Below are positions 14,723 through 26,719 of a DNA stretch of 64,000 nucleotides, piece after piece. The stretch's first letter is position 1, and the number at the start of each line of letters is the position of its first letter. This DNA is from the human T2T-CHM13v2.0 reference genome, Homo sapiens: NCBI RefSeq assembly GCF_009914755.1, contig NC_060928.1, one strand, 5' to 3'. Below the pieces are notes generated by a model. The model saw nothing but the letters and a program-made list of their open reading frames with translations. It ran no database searches and was not told the origin of the DNA. Both the position numbers and the translations under genes were made by a program.

Positions 14723-15149
14723 GTGAGCGACCATACCTAGCCCAATTAGTTAAATTTATGATTATTAAGTGTCAACTGGTTCTGACAAGGTGACTTATTA
14801 TTCTTGCATTTTTCTGTTAGGCCTTTTTTTCCCCACCATAGGAAATTGTTTAGGATGTACTTCACATGCTAACAAATTTGATTATCTCTTGCTCCTTAAT
14901 TATTGGGATTTAATTTAATCCATATTAATTTCAATTCCTCTCATGTTTATTTATTTCTCTTTCTCTAAATCTAGATACATTTTATAATACATCAAAATAC
15001 TTGTTTCATTTTATTTTTAAATAAAATGGAGACAATATAGCATGTCATAAAATCCCCAGACAAGAACTCACTGACAATGGGAAGGTAGCAGTTAATGAGT
15101 TCAATCATCTTCTCTAAGTGACTGTAAGTGAAGCTGTTCTACTTTATAC

Positions 15150-15261
15150 CTATCTTGGATGTGCTTTTGGGCAACAAAAGGAAATTGCTCAGAATGTAAA
15201 AACAGAAGTTAGTTTTATGAAAATAGCCGCAAGTTGATAGAATTGAAGATTTTAAGAAAAA
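15150..15261 (-). pseudogene. Exon-like segment, 112 nt (FFLKSSILSTCGYFHKTNFCFYILSNFLLLPKSTSKI)
   Basis: Acceptor ttctactttcctctag, donor TAG|gtataa; open frame. Confidence 0.45.
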
Positions 15262-15595
15262 CTAGAGGAAAGTAGAATGTAGTATAAAAAACAGAGAACA
15301 TTAATGACAATCATGGTTTCAATAGGTTTGAAAGATAACAGAAAAGATGTGCTAATATAGTGGTGACCTGTGAGTGGATAATCAGACTATCAGCAAATTG
15401 ATAAAGCTGTACACAAAAACCAGAAGGTCTAAGAGCATGAAGACAACCCTCTCCACAGAGCCTGGTTGTTTCTGTTGTGGCGCTGTTGGTGTTGTTTGTA
15501 TCCAGTACAGTGCACAAGCATAACTCCTGACATAATCAAAGCACAGTTTTGTTATTGTGTCCTGTGTCTCTTTAAAATATATTCAGTGGTGGTAC

Positions 15596-17860
15596 CAAGA
15601 AATTGTCAGAACTAATAAACAAGTTCAGTAAAGTGGTTGGTTACAAAATCAACACACCAAAATCAGTTGCATTTCTATGTATTAACTAGAAACTATCTTA
15701 AATTTTTTAAAATATCATTTCCAATAGTTACCAAAAAATAAGAATACCTTGGAATAAACTTAACCAAGGAGCTGAAAGATCTCTACACCGAAAGCTATAA
15801 AACATTGATGAAGAAATTGAAGGAGATAAAAATAAGTGGAATGATATCCCATCTTCATGGATCAGAAGAATTAATATTGGTAAGAGGACCATACTACCCA
15901 AAGCAATCTCTAACATTCAATGTTACCCCTAAACCAGTAAAACTCTTAGAATAAAACAAAGGGGAAAAGCTTGTTGACATCTGTCTTGGCAATTATTTTT
16001 TGAATACGACACCAAAAGCATAGGCAACAAAAGCAAAAATAAACAAGCGGGACTCCATCAAACTAAAAACGCTCTGCACAGCAAATGAAATAATCAATAA
16101 AATGAAAAAAGCAACCTGCAGAATGGGAGGAAATATTTGCAAACCTTATATCTGATAAGAAGTTAATACCCAAAATATACAAGGAATTCATACAACTCAA
16201 TAACACAGTAACAAATAAAACTATTTTTTTAAATGAGTAAAGAACTTGAGTGGATATTTTTCCAAAGGACACATATAAATGGCCAACAGGTACATGGGAA
16301 AATGCAAATTAACGCTACAAAAACTTACCAGCTGACACCTCTTAGAATGACTATTATCAAAAAGACAAGCAATAACAAGTGTTGGTAAAAACACAGAGAA
16401 ATTCTTGTGCACTGTTGGTGGGAGTGTTTTTCATTTAATTATAAAAGACATTATAGAGGATCCTCAAAAATTTAACATAGAACTACCATAAGGTCCAGCA
16501 ATCCTACTTCTGGGTATATACCCTAAAAAATAAAATCAGTATCTCAAAAAGATACCTGCACTCCTATGTTCATTGCAGCGTTATTAACAGTAACCAAGAG
16601 CCTACAATAGAAGTTATTTAGGCATAGATTTAATTATTTAATTATATATCCTCCTTGAGTCTTTCTCAGATCTGCAAAGCAGAGTTAATATAACCTCACT
16701 CTACTCCCAGAGCCCTTTATTTTTCCACTACAACATTTAACAGAGGTTGATTTTGTATTAACAGTTTTTTGGGCTTATGTCTCTCTTATGTTTCTTTTAG
16801 TCTCCATGCATGAACTAAAGTTTCCTAAAGTTCAGAAGATGTGGGCCATAAGTCAGGAAAATCAACTGTGTTTTATCAATTTTTTCCAGTACATTTAAGT
16901 GAATAAATCTCTTGCGTACTTGTTCAATGTAAGACTTTACTAGGTGGATTAGTCAGGGTGGGGTAGGTTACAGCACTGTAACAACAAAATCTCCAAATTT
17001 CTATAGTTTGACACACACAAGTTTATACATCACTCATACTATGTATATAACATAGATCAATTTAGATCTCTGTACCATCAGTGACTCAAGACACAGGATG
17101 ACAAAGAACTTATCATCTGGAATATTGTTGGTGGCTTTTACGGAGGAAGAAAGAGTCTGAATCATACATGAGTTTTGTATTGCCTCAATTCAAAAGTTTC
17201 ATGTAGGGATTGCTATTAAGGTGTTCTGGTGCTACTAAATCCTAAAATTCTACATTATAAAAAAAACAGTAACCAAGAAGTGAAAGCAACGTAAGTGCTC
17301 ATCCATTTCCAATGAACCTTGAGGGCATTATGCTAAGTCAAATAAGTCAGACAGAGAAAGACAAATACTATGATCTCATATGCAGAATCTAAAAAAGTAA
17401 AACTCATAGAAATACAGAGTACAATGGTAATTGCCAGTGGCTGAGGCTGGGGAAAATGAGAAGATGCTGGACAAAGATACAAACTTTCAGTTATGAAAAC
17501 GAAGTTATGGAGATCTCATGTACAGCATGATAACTATACTTAACAATACTATAGTCTATCCTTGAAATTTGCTAAAAGAGAACCTAAATGTTCTCACCAC
17601 AAAGAAAAAGGGTAACTATGTGAGGTGACATATGTGTTAACAAACTTGATTGTCATAAGCATTTCACTATATATATATATACATAGTGAAATATATACAT
17701 ACACACATATATATTAGAGAGAGAGACACATACACATATACGTCTCAAATCATCATGTTGTATACTTTATACAATTTTGTCAGTTATACCTCATTAATGC
17801 TGGGGGAATAAATAAACAAACAAACACTAATCTCTTCAATCAAAAAAATAAAAATAAAAT
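15596..17860 (+). mobile_element. L1 (L1MA/MB-type) ORF2 3' part and 3' UTR, internally deleted and split by an insertion at 16600-17264
   Basis: 'gaactaataaacaagttcagtaaag', 'catggatcagaagaattaatat', 'gcaatcctacttctgggtatata', 3' UTR and A-rich tail. Confidence 0.9.
16600..17264 (+). other. Retrotransposed non-consensus insert (orphan transduction / processed transcript fragment)
   Basis: 14-bp TSD aacagtaaccaaga at 16586 and 17265, short A-tail, L1 sequence is continuous across it. Confidence 0.7.
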
Positions 17861-18607
17861 GAATTTAATAGTGTTGATCTTCTCCTGACCCTGACGAGAA
17901 CAAAAGAAATCATACATATTTTTAATGATGATGTTCAGTTAATAACATTCTTCAGGTCGATTTGCAAACAACTTCAATTTGGTAAGTAATTCCAAATCCC
18001 ATGTAATATAAATCTAAACTTGGCAAAGTATTAAATATTCCTTTCTTCTCAGCTGGGTAGAACCTGTGAATTCTGCCATATAATGTGTCATTATTTTTTT
18101 CTTTGCTTTTCCCTTTTCTCCACCCACACTCACATGGACCCTCATTCCTGCCTCCTAAGAAATTGTTGTCCACTCCTCACAGACTCTCACTTTCAGAGTC
18201 CATCACCCTCACCTCTCAGGAAGAGTTAGAACCGCTCCTCTGTTGCATGGGTATTCCACATCTGGTTTAACGAGATCAGTTTACCCCACACTCAATAGAA
18301 GCATAGTTACTATCCAAACATAATGTGTTTCTATGCCTTTGTCTCTCTCTCCTTCTCTCTCTTTATCTCTATCTCTATTTCTGTTTCAGTAAGGCATGAA
18401 TTAGGCATCTTCTAATGATGCCTTTTAATCATAGGGAACATATTTGAAGCATTTGAATGATCCCATGGAATTACTTCAATAGACTTCAGGTGAAGAAGGT
18501 AACACTCTAACCTGTCCTCCTTTGGGATTAAAGGGGACTGACAACTAGCAGCAGCACTCTGAAATGTCTTATGGTATAGCTCATGACAAAACTACAGACT
18601 CAGTCTA

Positions 18608-18924
18608 TGCAGCATTATTATCATTCCCTGATGTTTTCTGTTCAGGGTTCATGCTCTGCGCCAGAAGCTTCATGGATGTATCCTGCACAGGCACAAGCGG
18701 CAGGTCCAATATATTACTAAGACTGACGTTTCTCCTAGATCCTCTCTTGAATCCGGAGCTGCCCAAAGCATCCATGTCCTGGCCAGCACCTTTGTATCTG
18801 TTTATACCCTCTCCTCTGTCTTTGGCTCTTTCAAATAATTCTACTTGGCTACTGGTAAGCCTCTCTGAAGTAACTGATGCATGTTTCCTAATGCTTAGAC
18901 CCTTTATTTTTATGCACTATGATT
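18608..18924 (-). pseudogene. Large exon-like segment with 103 uninterrupted codons (18916-18608)
   Basis: Acceptor ttaataccctag at 18925; higher GC than flanks; CIKIKGLSIRKHASVTSERLTSSQVELFERAKDRGEG...SGNDNNAA*. Confidence 0.45.
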
Positions 18925-19262
18925 CTAGGGTATTAAAGCTCTGCTTTTCCCACATAAAATTTCTTAAAAACCCTTCATATTATCAGAAAAATTTAAATTG
19001 TATGTTATTTAACAATATTCAATTGTTAACTTACTCATTTACCATAGATTCACAGAATTATAAGCACAATTATATAACAGTAACATTACAAAAGAATGGT
19101 GGTATATGTGCACAGTGTATGTACTTGTATGTGTATAAATGTGTGTATATCTATCGAAAATCAGATTATATTTATTATCCATCAAATAATATTAAAAAGT
19201 AAACATTAAAAAATGCAAAAATAACACTAATTACAACAATTACAACCTTCTTTAAACTTAAA

Positions 19263-19343
19263 TTTTATTTTATCTGATACCAAGTATTTTATCTGATACC
19301 ATTTATCTTTATTTTATCTGATACTTTATTTTATCTGATACAT
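19263..19343. repeat. Imperfect tandem repeat with four T-rich ttatctgatac units
   Basis: Direct reading of sequence. Confidence 0.85.
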
Positions 19344-19379
19344 TTAAGGCCATCCCAGTTGATTAATTGGTTAAATTAC

Positions 19380-19568
19380 ACAAAATGTATTTTTTTATTT
19401 TTCTACTTTAACCCTCATGTTTTAGTTATGTTTGTTGGAAAAAATGTCTAATTTAATATAGTTGAATAATGCTTGACTTTAACAGGAACAACTAGTCTAT
19501 TTGTGTTTAAAATAGTAACGGATATATTTGAAATTAAATTTAAGATTGTTCTTTGTGACAACTGTACT
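19380..19568 (-). mobile_element. Old L1 fragment (ORF2 endonuclease start)
   Basis: Minus translation NISVTILNTNRLVVPVK resembles ORF2p N-terminus ISIxTLNVNGLNxPIK. Confidence 0.6.
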
Positions 19569-19569
19569 A

Positions 19570-19895
19570 TTTTCTTTTCTTTCTTTCTTTCTTTCTTTTT
19601 CTTTTTTGGCGAGAGTGTGTCACTCTGTTGCCCAGGCTGGAGAGCAGGAGAGCAGTGGCATGATCTTGGCTCACTGCGACCTCTGCTTCCAGGGTCAAGC
19701 AATCCTCCCACCTCAGCCTTCCGAGTAGCTGGGACTATAAGTGCCCCACCATGCCCAGCTAATTTTTGTATTTTTGGGTAGAAACAGGGTTTCACCATGT
19801 TGGCCAGGCTGGTCTCAAACTCCTGACCTCAAATGATCTACCTGCCTCGGCCTCCAAAAGTGCTGGGATTATAGGTGTGAGCCACTGTGTCTGGC
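19570..19895 (-). mobile_element. Alu (AluJb/Sx-like)
   Basis: Full dimer with (TTTC)n tail and a small internal duplication 'ggagagcaggagagcag'. Confidence 0.93.
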
Positions 19896-19935
19896 CTCCT
19901 ATTTTCTTACTTTGTCATGAACTATACTATAACAG

Positions 19936-19938
<3 letters not shown>

Positions 19939-19990
<52 letters not shown>
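19939..19990. repeat. (TA)n microsatellite
   Basis: About 26 perfect AT units. Confidence 0.97.
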
Positions 19991-19993
<3 letters not shown>

Positions 19994-20107
19994 GTGATGC
20001 TTGTGTTAGCCCACTTGCCAACCACACAAAGAAGAAAAATGGTAATTATCAGCATGATCAGACTCCAGCACAGCATGGTGGATAATCCAGTGTACTTGGG
20101 AGTTTTC

Positions 20108-21028
20108 ACTTTAAGCTCTGCCCACCTAGAATCACTGGGGCTCATAGTGATGGACTAGAAAACACTCAAGAAGTCTTCTCTGATTTCAAATATACTCTAT
20201 GATAAGAAGATTATTCCTATTGCCAAATCTCTGGAGGCCTTTCTGTTTACCAAGACTGATACTTGTGTTCAGAGCCAGAGGATCTTGCATAGAAATAGGA
20301 TGCACAGCTGAATTTATCATTTCAGCTGAAATCCAATATTATCTACTTACAATTAGTTCCCTCTCAGGTATCTTTAAGGTAGTTTTTAAATATTATTAAG
20401 AGATTTCCAAGAGTTAAATATATAACATTTAGAGGAAACATACAAAATATGAATCACTGCTATGAAGAGCATACGTGAGGTAATGCTTTTGTTCTTCACA
20501 AATCTATGAGACACACACTACTATTACTTTCATTATAAAGAGAAGGGTAACTTACACAGAGAGACTAAATGAATTGTCGCCATTCACAATCTGGCTATGG
20601 TCACAGTGGGGGCTTGGAATTGCCTGGGTTGGTAGCAAAGACAGTGTATTTAGCCACGAGGCAATTTTGAAAAGTTGATTAGTTATGTTCTTCAATCAGA
20701 TCTATATTTATTTGTGTTTTTATACCTTGTCATTTCATTTTGGATTGGTGGCATTATATTTTCCTTTATATTATTTGTTGTAATAAATTTCCATTTATGT
20801 GCATTTATTCTATAAATCAGTATCAATTATGAATAAAGCTTCATATAACTTAAGAAAAAGAAATGTCTTCTTTTTTACATCCTATTTTATACTCCTCAAG
20901 GGTTTTAAAGCTATCTAACTGGTTCTGGGTCATCTATTTGGAAATTTCTTCTTCATATCATTTAACTTTGAGGTCTGCCCACCTGGAATTTCTGGGACTC
21001 ATAGTGATGGTCTGGAAGACACTCAAGA
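20108..21028 (-). repeat. 64-bp direct repeat pair (20108-20171 and 20965-21028), exon-like on minus strand
   Basis: 55/64 identical; each copy has a pyrimidine-AG acceptor followed by (S/T)ITMSPxxSRWA(E/D)LKVK. Confidence 0.8.
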
Positions 21029-21737
21029 GGCAGAGACACGTTAGAAATCCACATCTATTGTGCCTGTATTACTTAGTCAAAAATATGAATTTTAACATCC
21101 AGTTACAAAGTCACGAACAGGGCTTCTGTCCTTGAAAGTCTGCTCTTTTGGATCAGTCAGTTTACACGTTGGGAACAGTGTTTATTAATGGTTGTAGACC
21201 AAGGTTGGCAAACTCAAGATTTTTTAACAGAGAACATGAATAAATGGCCCTGGCCAGGTGGGAACTGCAGTATACCAGAGAAAATGTGCCTGTTCAACGG
21301 GATAGATGTCACTTGGCTATTGTGAGGGCAGTGAGATCAGAGTTAAAAATGTTGACAATCCATGTTTTTATGTCAAGTCTCCATATTTTTTAATGTGGGC
21401 TGTTAATGTTTTAAGAACTTTGTTCAAACTGCACACTAAAAGATTAACGGGCTAGATTTATATAAAAGTATATCAGTTTGTGATTTTTACAACAGGCAGT
21501 GTCCTCATCTGAGTTCAAGGGTCATTCACATACCTGTGCTTGCTGACAAGGAGCTCAGGTGAGAGTAGGGAAAGCTGATCAACTGAAACTCACTCTGCCT
21601 GAAAATAGAGCTAAGAGTAGAAACATGGTATGCTCTTCATGTACAAATAATATAAACAGGGAACTCAGTGCTAATATGGGAGAGTGGGATGGTGGATAAA
21701 TATACTTTTGTTGTTCATAATGTGAGCTATTTTTTAC

Positions 21738-23597
21738 CTTTCTTGTGCATTTACAAACAACCAGATGAATAAAACAAGCATAGCAGGTTCCCTTTAATCA
21801 CTCTAATCCTGGACTAAGCACACTCCTCTTCCTGCTTTGCTTAAATTGTTCAAGTGTTGGTGGTGATATGTGTTGAAGGTCATTATCATTGTGCAGTTGC
21901 ATTTGCATCCTAAATTTAAAACAATTTTTCAGATGTTTTGAACCAATAGGACTTTGGCTGCTGAATCTTAGATGCCATCTCAAGAACCTCAATTAAAATA
22001 TTATATTCTGCACACACACAGACCTCCACATCCACTACCCCATCCCCGCAAAACACAGATGGGAAAAATTGATATTTAAAACAATGCTACTTGGATTGTA
22101 GGTACAGGGGGCTCATTTTAACTAGTCTATCTACTTTTATGTCTCACAACTTTTTATGAAAAAATATTGAAAATGCAGGAAAGACTTTGTTATAACAAAT
22201 AAGTATCAATATAATGAGAACATTAGATTATTGAACATAAGTAATTTTTTAATTTATAAACTTTTAGTCATTTCATCATGAAAATTGCATTGCATATCTA
22301 ATGTTTAGTCAATAGCCTAAAACAAATGTTTACAGTTTGATAGACTAACTTGACTTCCGATGGATTTTGGTTTACTATTAACTGTGTAGGTTCAAGAATG
22401 GTTTAATAAATATATGAGGCAATGCATACATTAATTAGCTCCATTATAATAAATATATACAATATTTGTCAATTAAAAACATACATATTTAAAATAATGA
22501 TTTAATGACATTTTTCAAGGGTATTATTTACCATCCAGCTAACTTATCATTGCTTAAGTCCAATATACTCCATAGTAGGAAATGGGGATTCAAACATATT
22601 TATCAAATAAAGAAGTGAACTAAAGGCCAAATCAGAGAAATAATGTTACACAGTGACTTCTTACTCCAGATTAGTACAAACTTACAATGTGGAAAAGTGT
22701 ATCCTTAGGTTGGTGACATTATTTGAAAACTACAATAAGCCCCACATATATACACATAAACATCTAAATAAAGGTGTGGACAGGTGTATAAAGTTTTCTT
22801 TTCAAACTTAGATCTAAAGAATTAAACATTTGTTGATATGTATTTAATTACAACATAAAATCAAATTGTTTAAAGCTCAAGATTTTAATGTATAACAGCT
22901 AATAAAGTGTGTAATTACAGCACTGAACTTGTAATGTTTGAGGAAGCACTGTGCTTCTGAATGACACATACCTAAACAATACATTAAAACTCTATTTTTA
23001 TTTCTACAATTTTTAAGTGACTTGCATCAAAGAAAACATAAATCATTTTGGGGCTGCTGGAGAACAAAAGTGCTTGGTTAAAACATTTTATTCTTACAGG
23101 TTCTTCAAATCTGGGATATTGAAAGAAAAGGTAGTTTTATTTGAGTCAAAAAATGGAAAGGAAGAAACTCCAGTCTAAGTGTTGCCACACTAAAAATAGA
23201 TTCAACACCTCTTGACTTTTTCCACTTTTTCCTTCAAGCATATATCAAAGATGCCTCACTTACTGGAATCACCCAACTGCCTGCTATCTGCTTCATTTAA
23301 AAGCCAGAATATATAGGATGGGCCCAAAAACACATATGCATTAGCAGAACTTCAGAAAATAAGATGTTCATATAGCATATGATTTGAAAGCTATGAACAA
23401 TGCACATGTTGTAAAAATTTTGATTAACAAGAACTCTAGAAAGGAATCTTAAAACTTGCTAAAGCCAAAACACTTTCCACAGAGATAACCTTTTCTACTT
23501 TGGGAGAATTATTTATGTGCTCACGGTAAAACACCACCAAGTGCCAGAAATTTTTCAATAAATTTGTCATTACAGAAATTGATGTCCTTAGTAACAT
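21738..23597 (-). pseudogene. Cluster of four exon-like segments: 23597-23525, 23174-23098, 22729-22686, 21909-21738
   Basis: Donors gtgagc, gtaaga, gtaagt, gtaaaa; acceptors tttcttag, cacttag, ttattgtag, aaatttag; phases only partly compatible. Confidence 0.4.
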
Positions 23598-24661
23598 CTA
23601 AGAAATGTTGTTGATAGGCAAAATTTTCTGCTAGACTGGGTCCCAGGGTATGGCCTAATTCTATACACACTATGGGTCTACAGCTGGTATCTTGCAGGAC
23701 CTCATCCAAAAGTAGCATAAATAAGACAAATATGGGAAGTCTCTGATCAAAAGGGACAATAATACTCCATGAACTGTATTAAATCCCTCTTCAAAGATTT
23801 CAAAGCCTCTGATAAATAATATGTCATGAGCCATTCAGGTGATAGGAGGCAGATAAAGGGAAAAATATCATTCTCCTTTATTGCATGAGCATACAGCCTG
23901 AAAAGATGAAAGGAGAAATAGCCCTAACTCAAGCTTCTCTTCAGTTAAAAGGCACCAAATAAATCTTAAAAAAATGCATCTAATCACAACTATGTGCTTA
24001 ATGTAATCAAATACTGCTTATTTTCCTTTTTTGATATTTTTGGACAAAATAAATTGTGTCACTTAATTTCTGGTTCCCCTGTATTTTCCTTCTCCAATCC
24101 AGCCTCAGACTGCCTGCTGGGGTTTCCAGAACACAACCTGGTCCTTTCCTTATCTTAATTAAAACCTTCAGTGGGTCCATGTAGTCTTCACTCAATTAAG
24201 GAAAGGATCCTCTGAGTAATATTCCTCAATTAATGCCACTCCTCATTCATTCACTCAACAAATCTCTCTTCTTACCACATTTCCTACACTCTAATCATAC
24301 CAAGATTCTTAATTATTGCTTGCACAAGGTGACAGACTTAAATGTTTTCATATCTTACTGAATTGTAATACTAGAAATGCTTTATACTTGCCTGATAAAA
24401 GAAAATACTAATTCATAACAAGATGCAACATACATTCTTTCCTTTGAGAAACAATTCTTGAATAGTCTACCTGAGAAAAAGCATCATTTCTTCCCCTGTG
24501 ATTCTATGCATTTTTTAATAACAGTAGAGTATTTATTGCATTATAATTAACTGAATACACGTTTGTTTCTTTTACTGAATGTCAGGGACCATCATGGCTT
24601 ATTCATGTCTGTAACTGACAACCTGAGAACATTGCCTGGAATATGGAATGAACTCAATGAC

Positions 24662-24857
24662 TGTTACCATTTGAATGTCCCTTCCAAAACTCCAGTGAAA
24701 TTTAATTTCCTATGTGACAGTATTTAGAGGTAGGGCTTTTAAGAGGTGATTGCATCATGAGGGCTTTGCCTTCTGTATTAGTCAGGGTTCTCTAGAGGAG
24801 CAGAACTAGTAGGATATATATCTTACTAGTTTACATATATATCCCACTAGTTCATAC

Positions 24858-24908
<51 letters not shown>

Positions 24909-24916
24909 TATGTGTA

Positions 24917-24959
<43 letters not shown>

Positions 24960-25660
24960 TACTAGTATATATATGGAGTTTATTAGGAGTATTAACTGAC
25001 ACAATCACAAGGTCCCACAGCAGGCCATCTGCAAGCTGAGGAGCAAGGAAACCAGTTCATCCCAAAGATGAAGAACTTGGAGTCTGATGTTTGAAGGCAG
25101 GAAGCATCCAGCATGGGAGAAAGATGTAGGCTGGGAGACTGGCTAGCCGTTTCATGTTTTTCTGCCTGCTTTATATCCTGGCCCTTAATCTGGTTGGATC
25201 TGCCCTTCCCAGTCCATTGACTCAAATGTTAATCTCCTTTGGCAAAACCATTACAGACACACCCAGGATCAATATTTTGCATCCTTCAAGCCAATCAACT
25301 TGACACTCAATATTAATGATCACACCTTCATGATTGGATTAATACATTCATGGATTAGTGGATTAATGATTTAATGAAGTAATGAATTATCATGGGAGAG
25401 AAACCAGTGGCTTTATAAGAAGAGGAAGAAAGGCGTAAGCTAGCACTTAATGCCCTCAGCCCTCTAGGTATGTGATACCCTGCACTACCTCTGGACTCTT
25501 CAGAGAGTTCCCACAAGCAAGAAGGCCCTCACCAAGGTCTGCTGCCCCTCAACCCTGGGCTTCTAAGCCTCCATAACTATAAGAAATAAATTTCTTTTTT
25601 TAAAATAAATTACCCAGGTTCAGGTATTCTGTTACGAGCAACAGAAAACTGATTAGACGC
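24662..25660 (+). mobile_element. MaLR LTR (MST-type), split by an MLT2 LTR
   Basis: 'tttgaatgtcccttccaaaactc...taagaggtgatt...catgagggc' and 'gaaataaatttct...aattacccag...tattctgtta..agcaacagaaaa'. Confidence 0.85.
24774..25324 (-). mobile_element. MLT2A-type ERVL solo LTR containing (TA)n/(TG)n microsatellite
   Basis: TG...CA ends, 5-bp TSD ccttc at 24769 and 25325, minus strand begins 'tgtgatcattaatattgagtgtcaa'. Confidence 0.9.
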
Positions 25661-26153
25661 TGACCATTTGTTGAATTGAAGGAAATTAGATTAAGAAATT
25701 TATTTAAAAACCCATTATTTTTTCAACATTAAGATGTTATGAGTCAGTAATGTGTATATGTCTCCGCACTAGAAGGTGCGAGCATTCGTAGAATATAAAG
25801 GTGCCAGTTGAGATTGGCTTATGATCAGAATGTGAAAGGAAAACAATTAGGTATTAATAATGCAGTCTATATCTGATATAGTAGTTATGTTGAAACCTGA
25901 TCTAAATAGAAGCTCCTGTTCTTCTTATTCCATATTGCTTGCTAAGAAATATTCTCTGTTCTTCTAAATTAACACTCTGTTTGTACCAAATGAAGTATTT
26001 ACGCAGCTTTAGCGCTTACATTGAGGTTCTCAGCTCTAAATAATTTTGGCACATGATTATCAATATAGAAGCTATGACTTATATATGTGCCTTTTACTGA
26101 TGAATTTAGAGAGTGAACCGAGATTAACGGGCTTTACTACAATGTCTCTGAGT

Positions 26154-26509
26154 CAAGGGTCCACAAACCTCAATATGCTGGTCCATAGCCTGTTAGCAAC
26201 CTGGCCGCACAGCATGAGGTGAGCCACAGGGAAGGGAGTGAAGCTTCATCTGTACTTAACAGTCGCTCCTCACTCACATTACTGCCTGAGCTCCATGCCC
26301 TATCTGATCAGCGGCAGCCTTAGATTCTCATAGGAGTGCAGACCCTATAGTGAACTGCACACACAAGACATCTACGTTGCTCACTCCTTACGAGAATCTG
26401 ATGCCTAATGATCTGTCACTGTCTCCCATCACCCTTAGATGAGGCTGTCTAGTTGCAGGAAAATAAGCTAAAGACTCCCACTGATTCTACATTGTGATGA
26501 GTTGTGAAA

Positions 26510-26566
<57 letters not shown>

Positions 26567-26719
26567 TATATATATATATTACAATGTAATAATAGAAAAA
26601 AGTGTACAGTAAATGTAATGTGCTTGAATCATCCTGAAACCATCCCTGCATCCCCCGGTTTGTGGAAAAATGTCTACCATGAAACTGGTCCCTGGTGCCA
26701 AAAAGTTTAGGTACCACTG
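26154..26719 (+). mobile_element. MER1A (hAT-Charlie) with internal (TA)n expansion
   Basis: 'tagattctcataggag', 'catgaaactggtccctggtgccaaaaagtt' and CA...TG termini. Confidence 0.88.

Noticed and set aside
18564-19202. 212-aa plus-strand ORF, the longest in the track
   Set aside because: Unnatural composition running into AT-rich repeat-like DNA; more likely an antisense shadow of the minus-strand frame at 18916-18608.
23100-23130. Plus-strand micro-exon reading VLQIWDIERK (WD40-like)
   Set aside because: Only 10 residues, weak donor, no other WD40 exons found, and it overlaps a minus-strand candidate.
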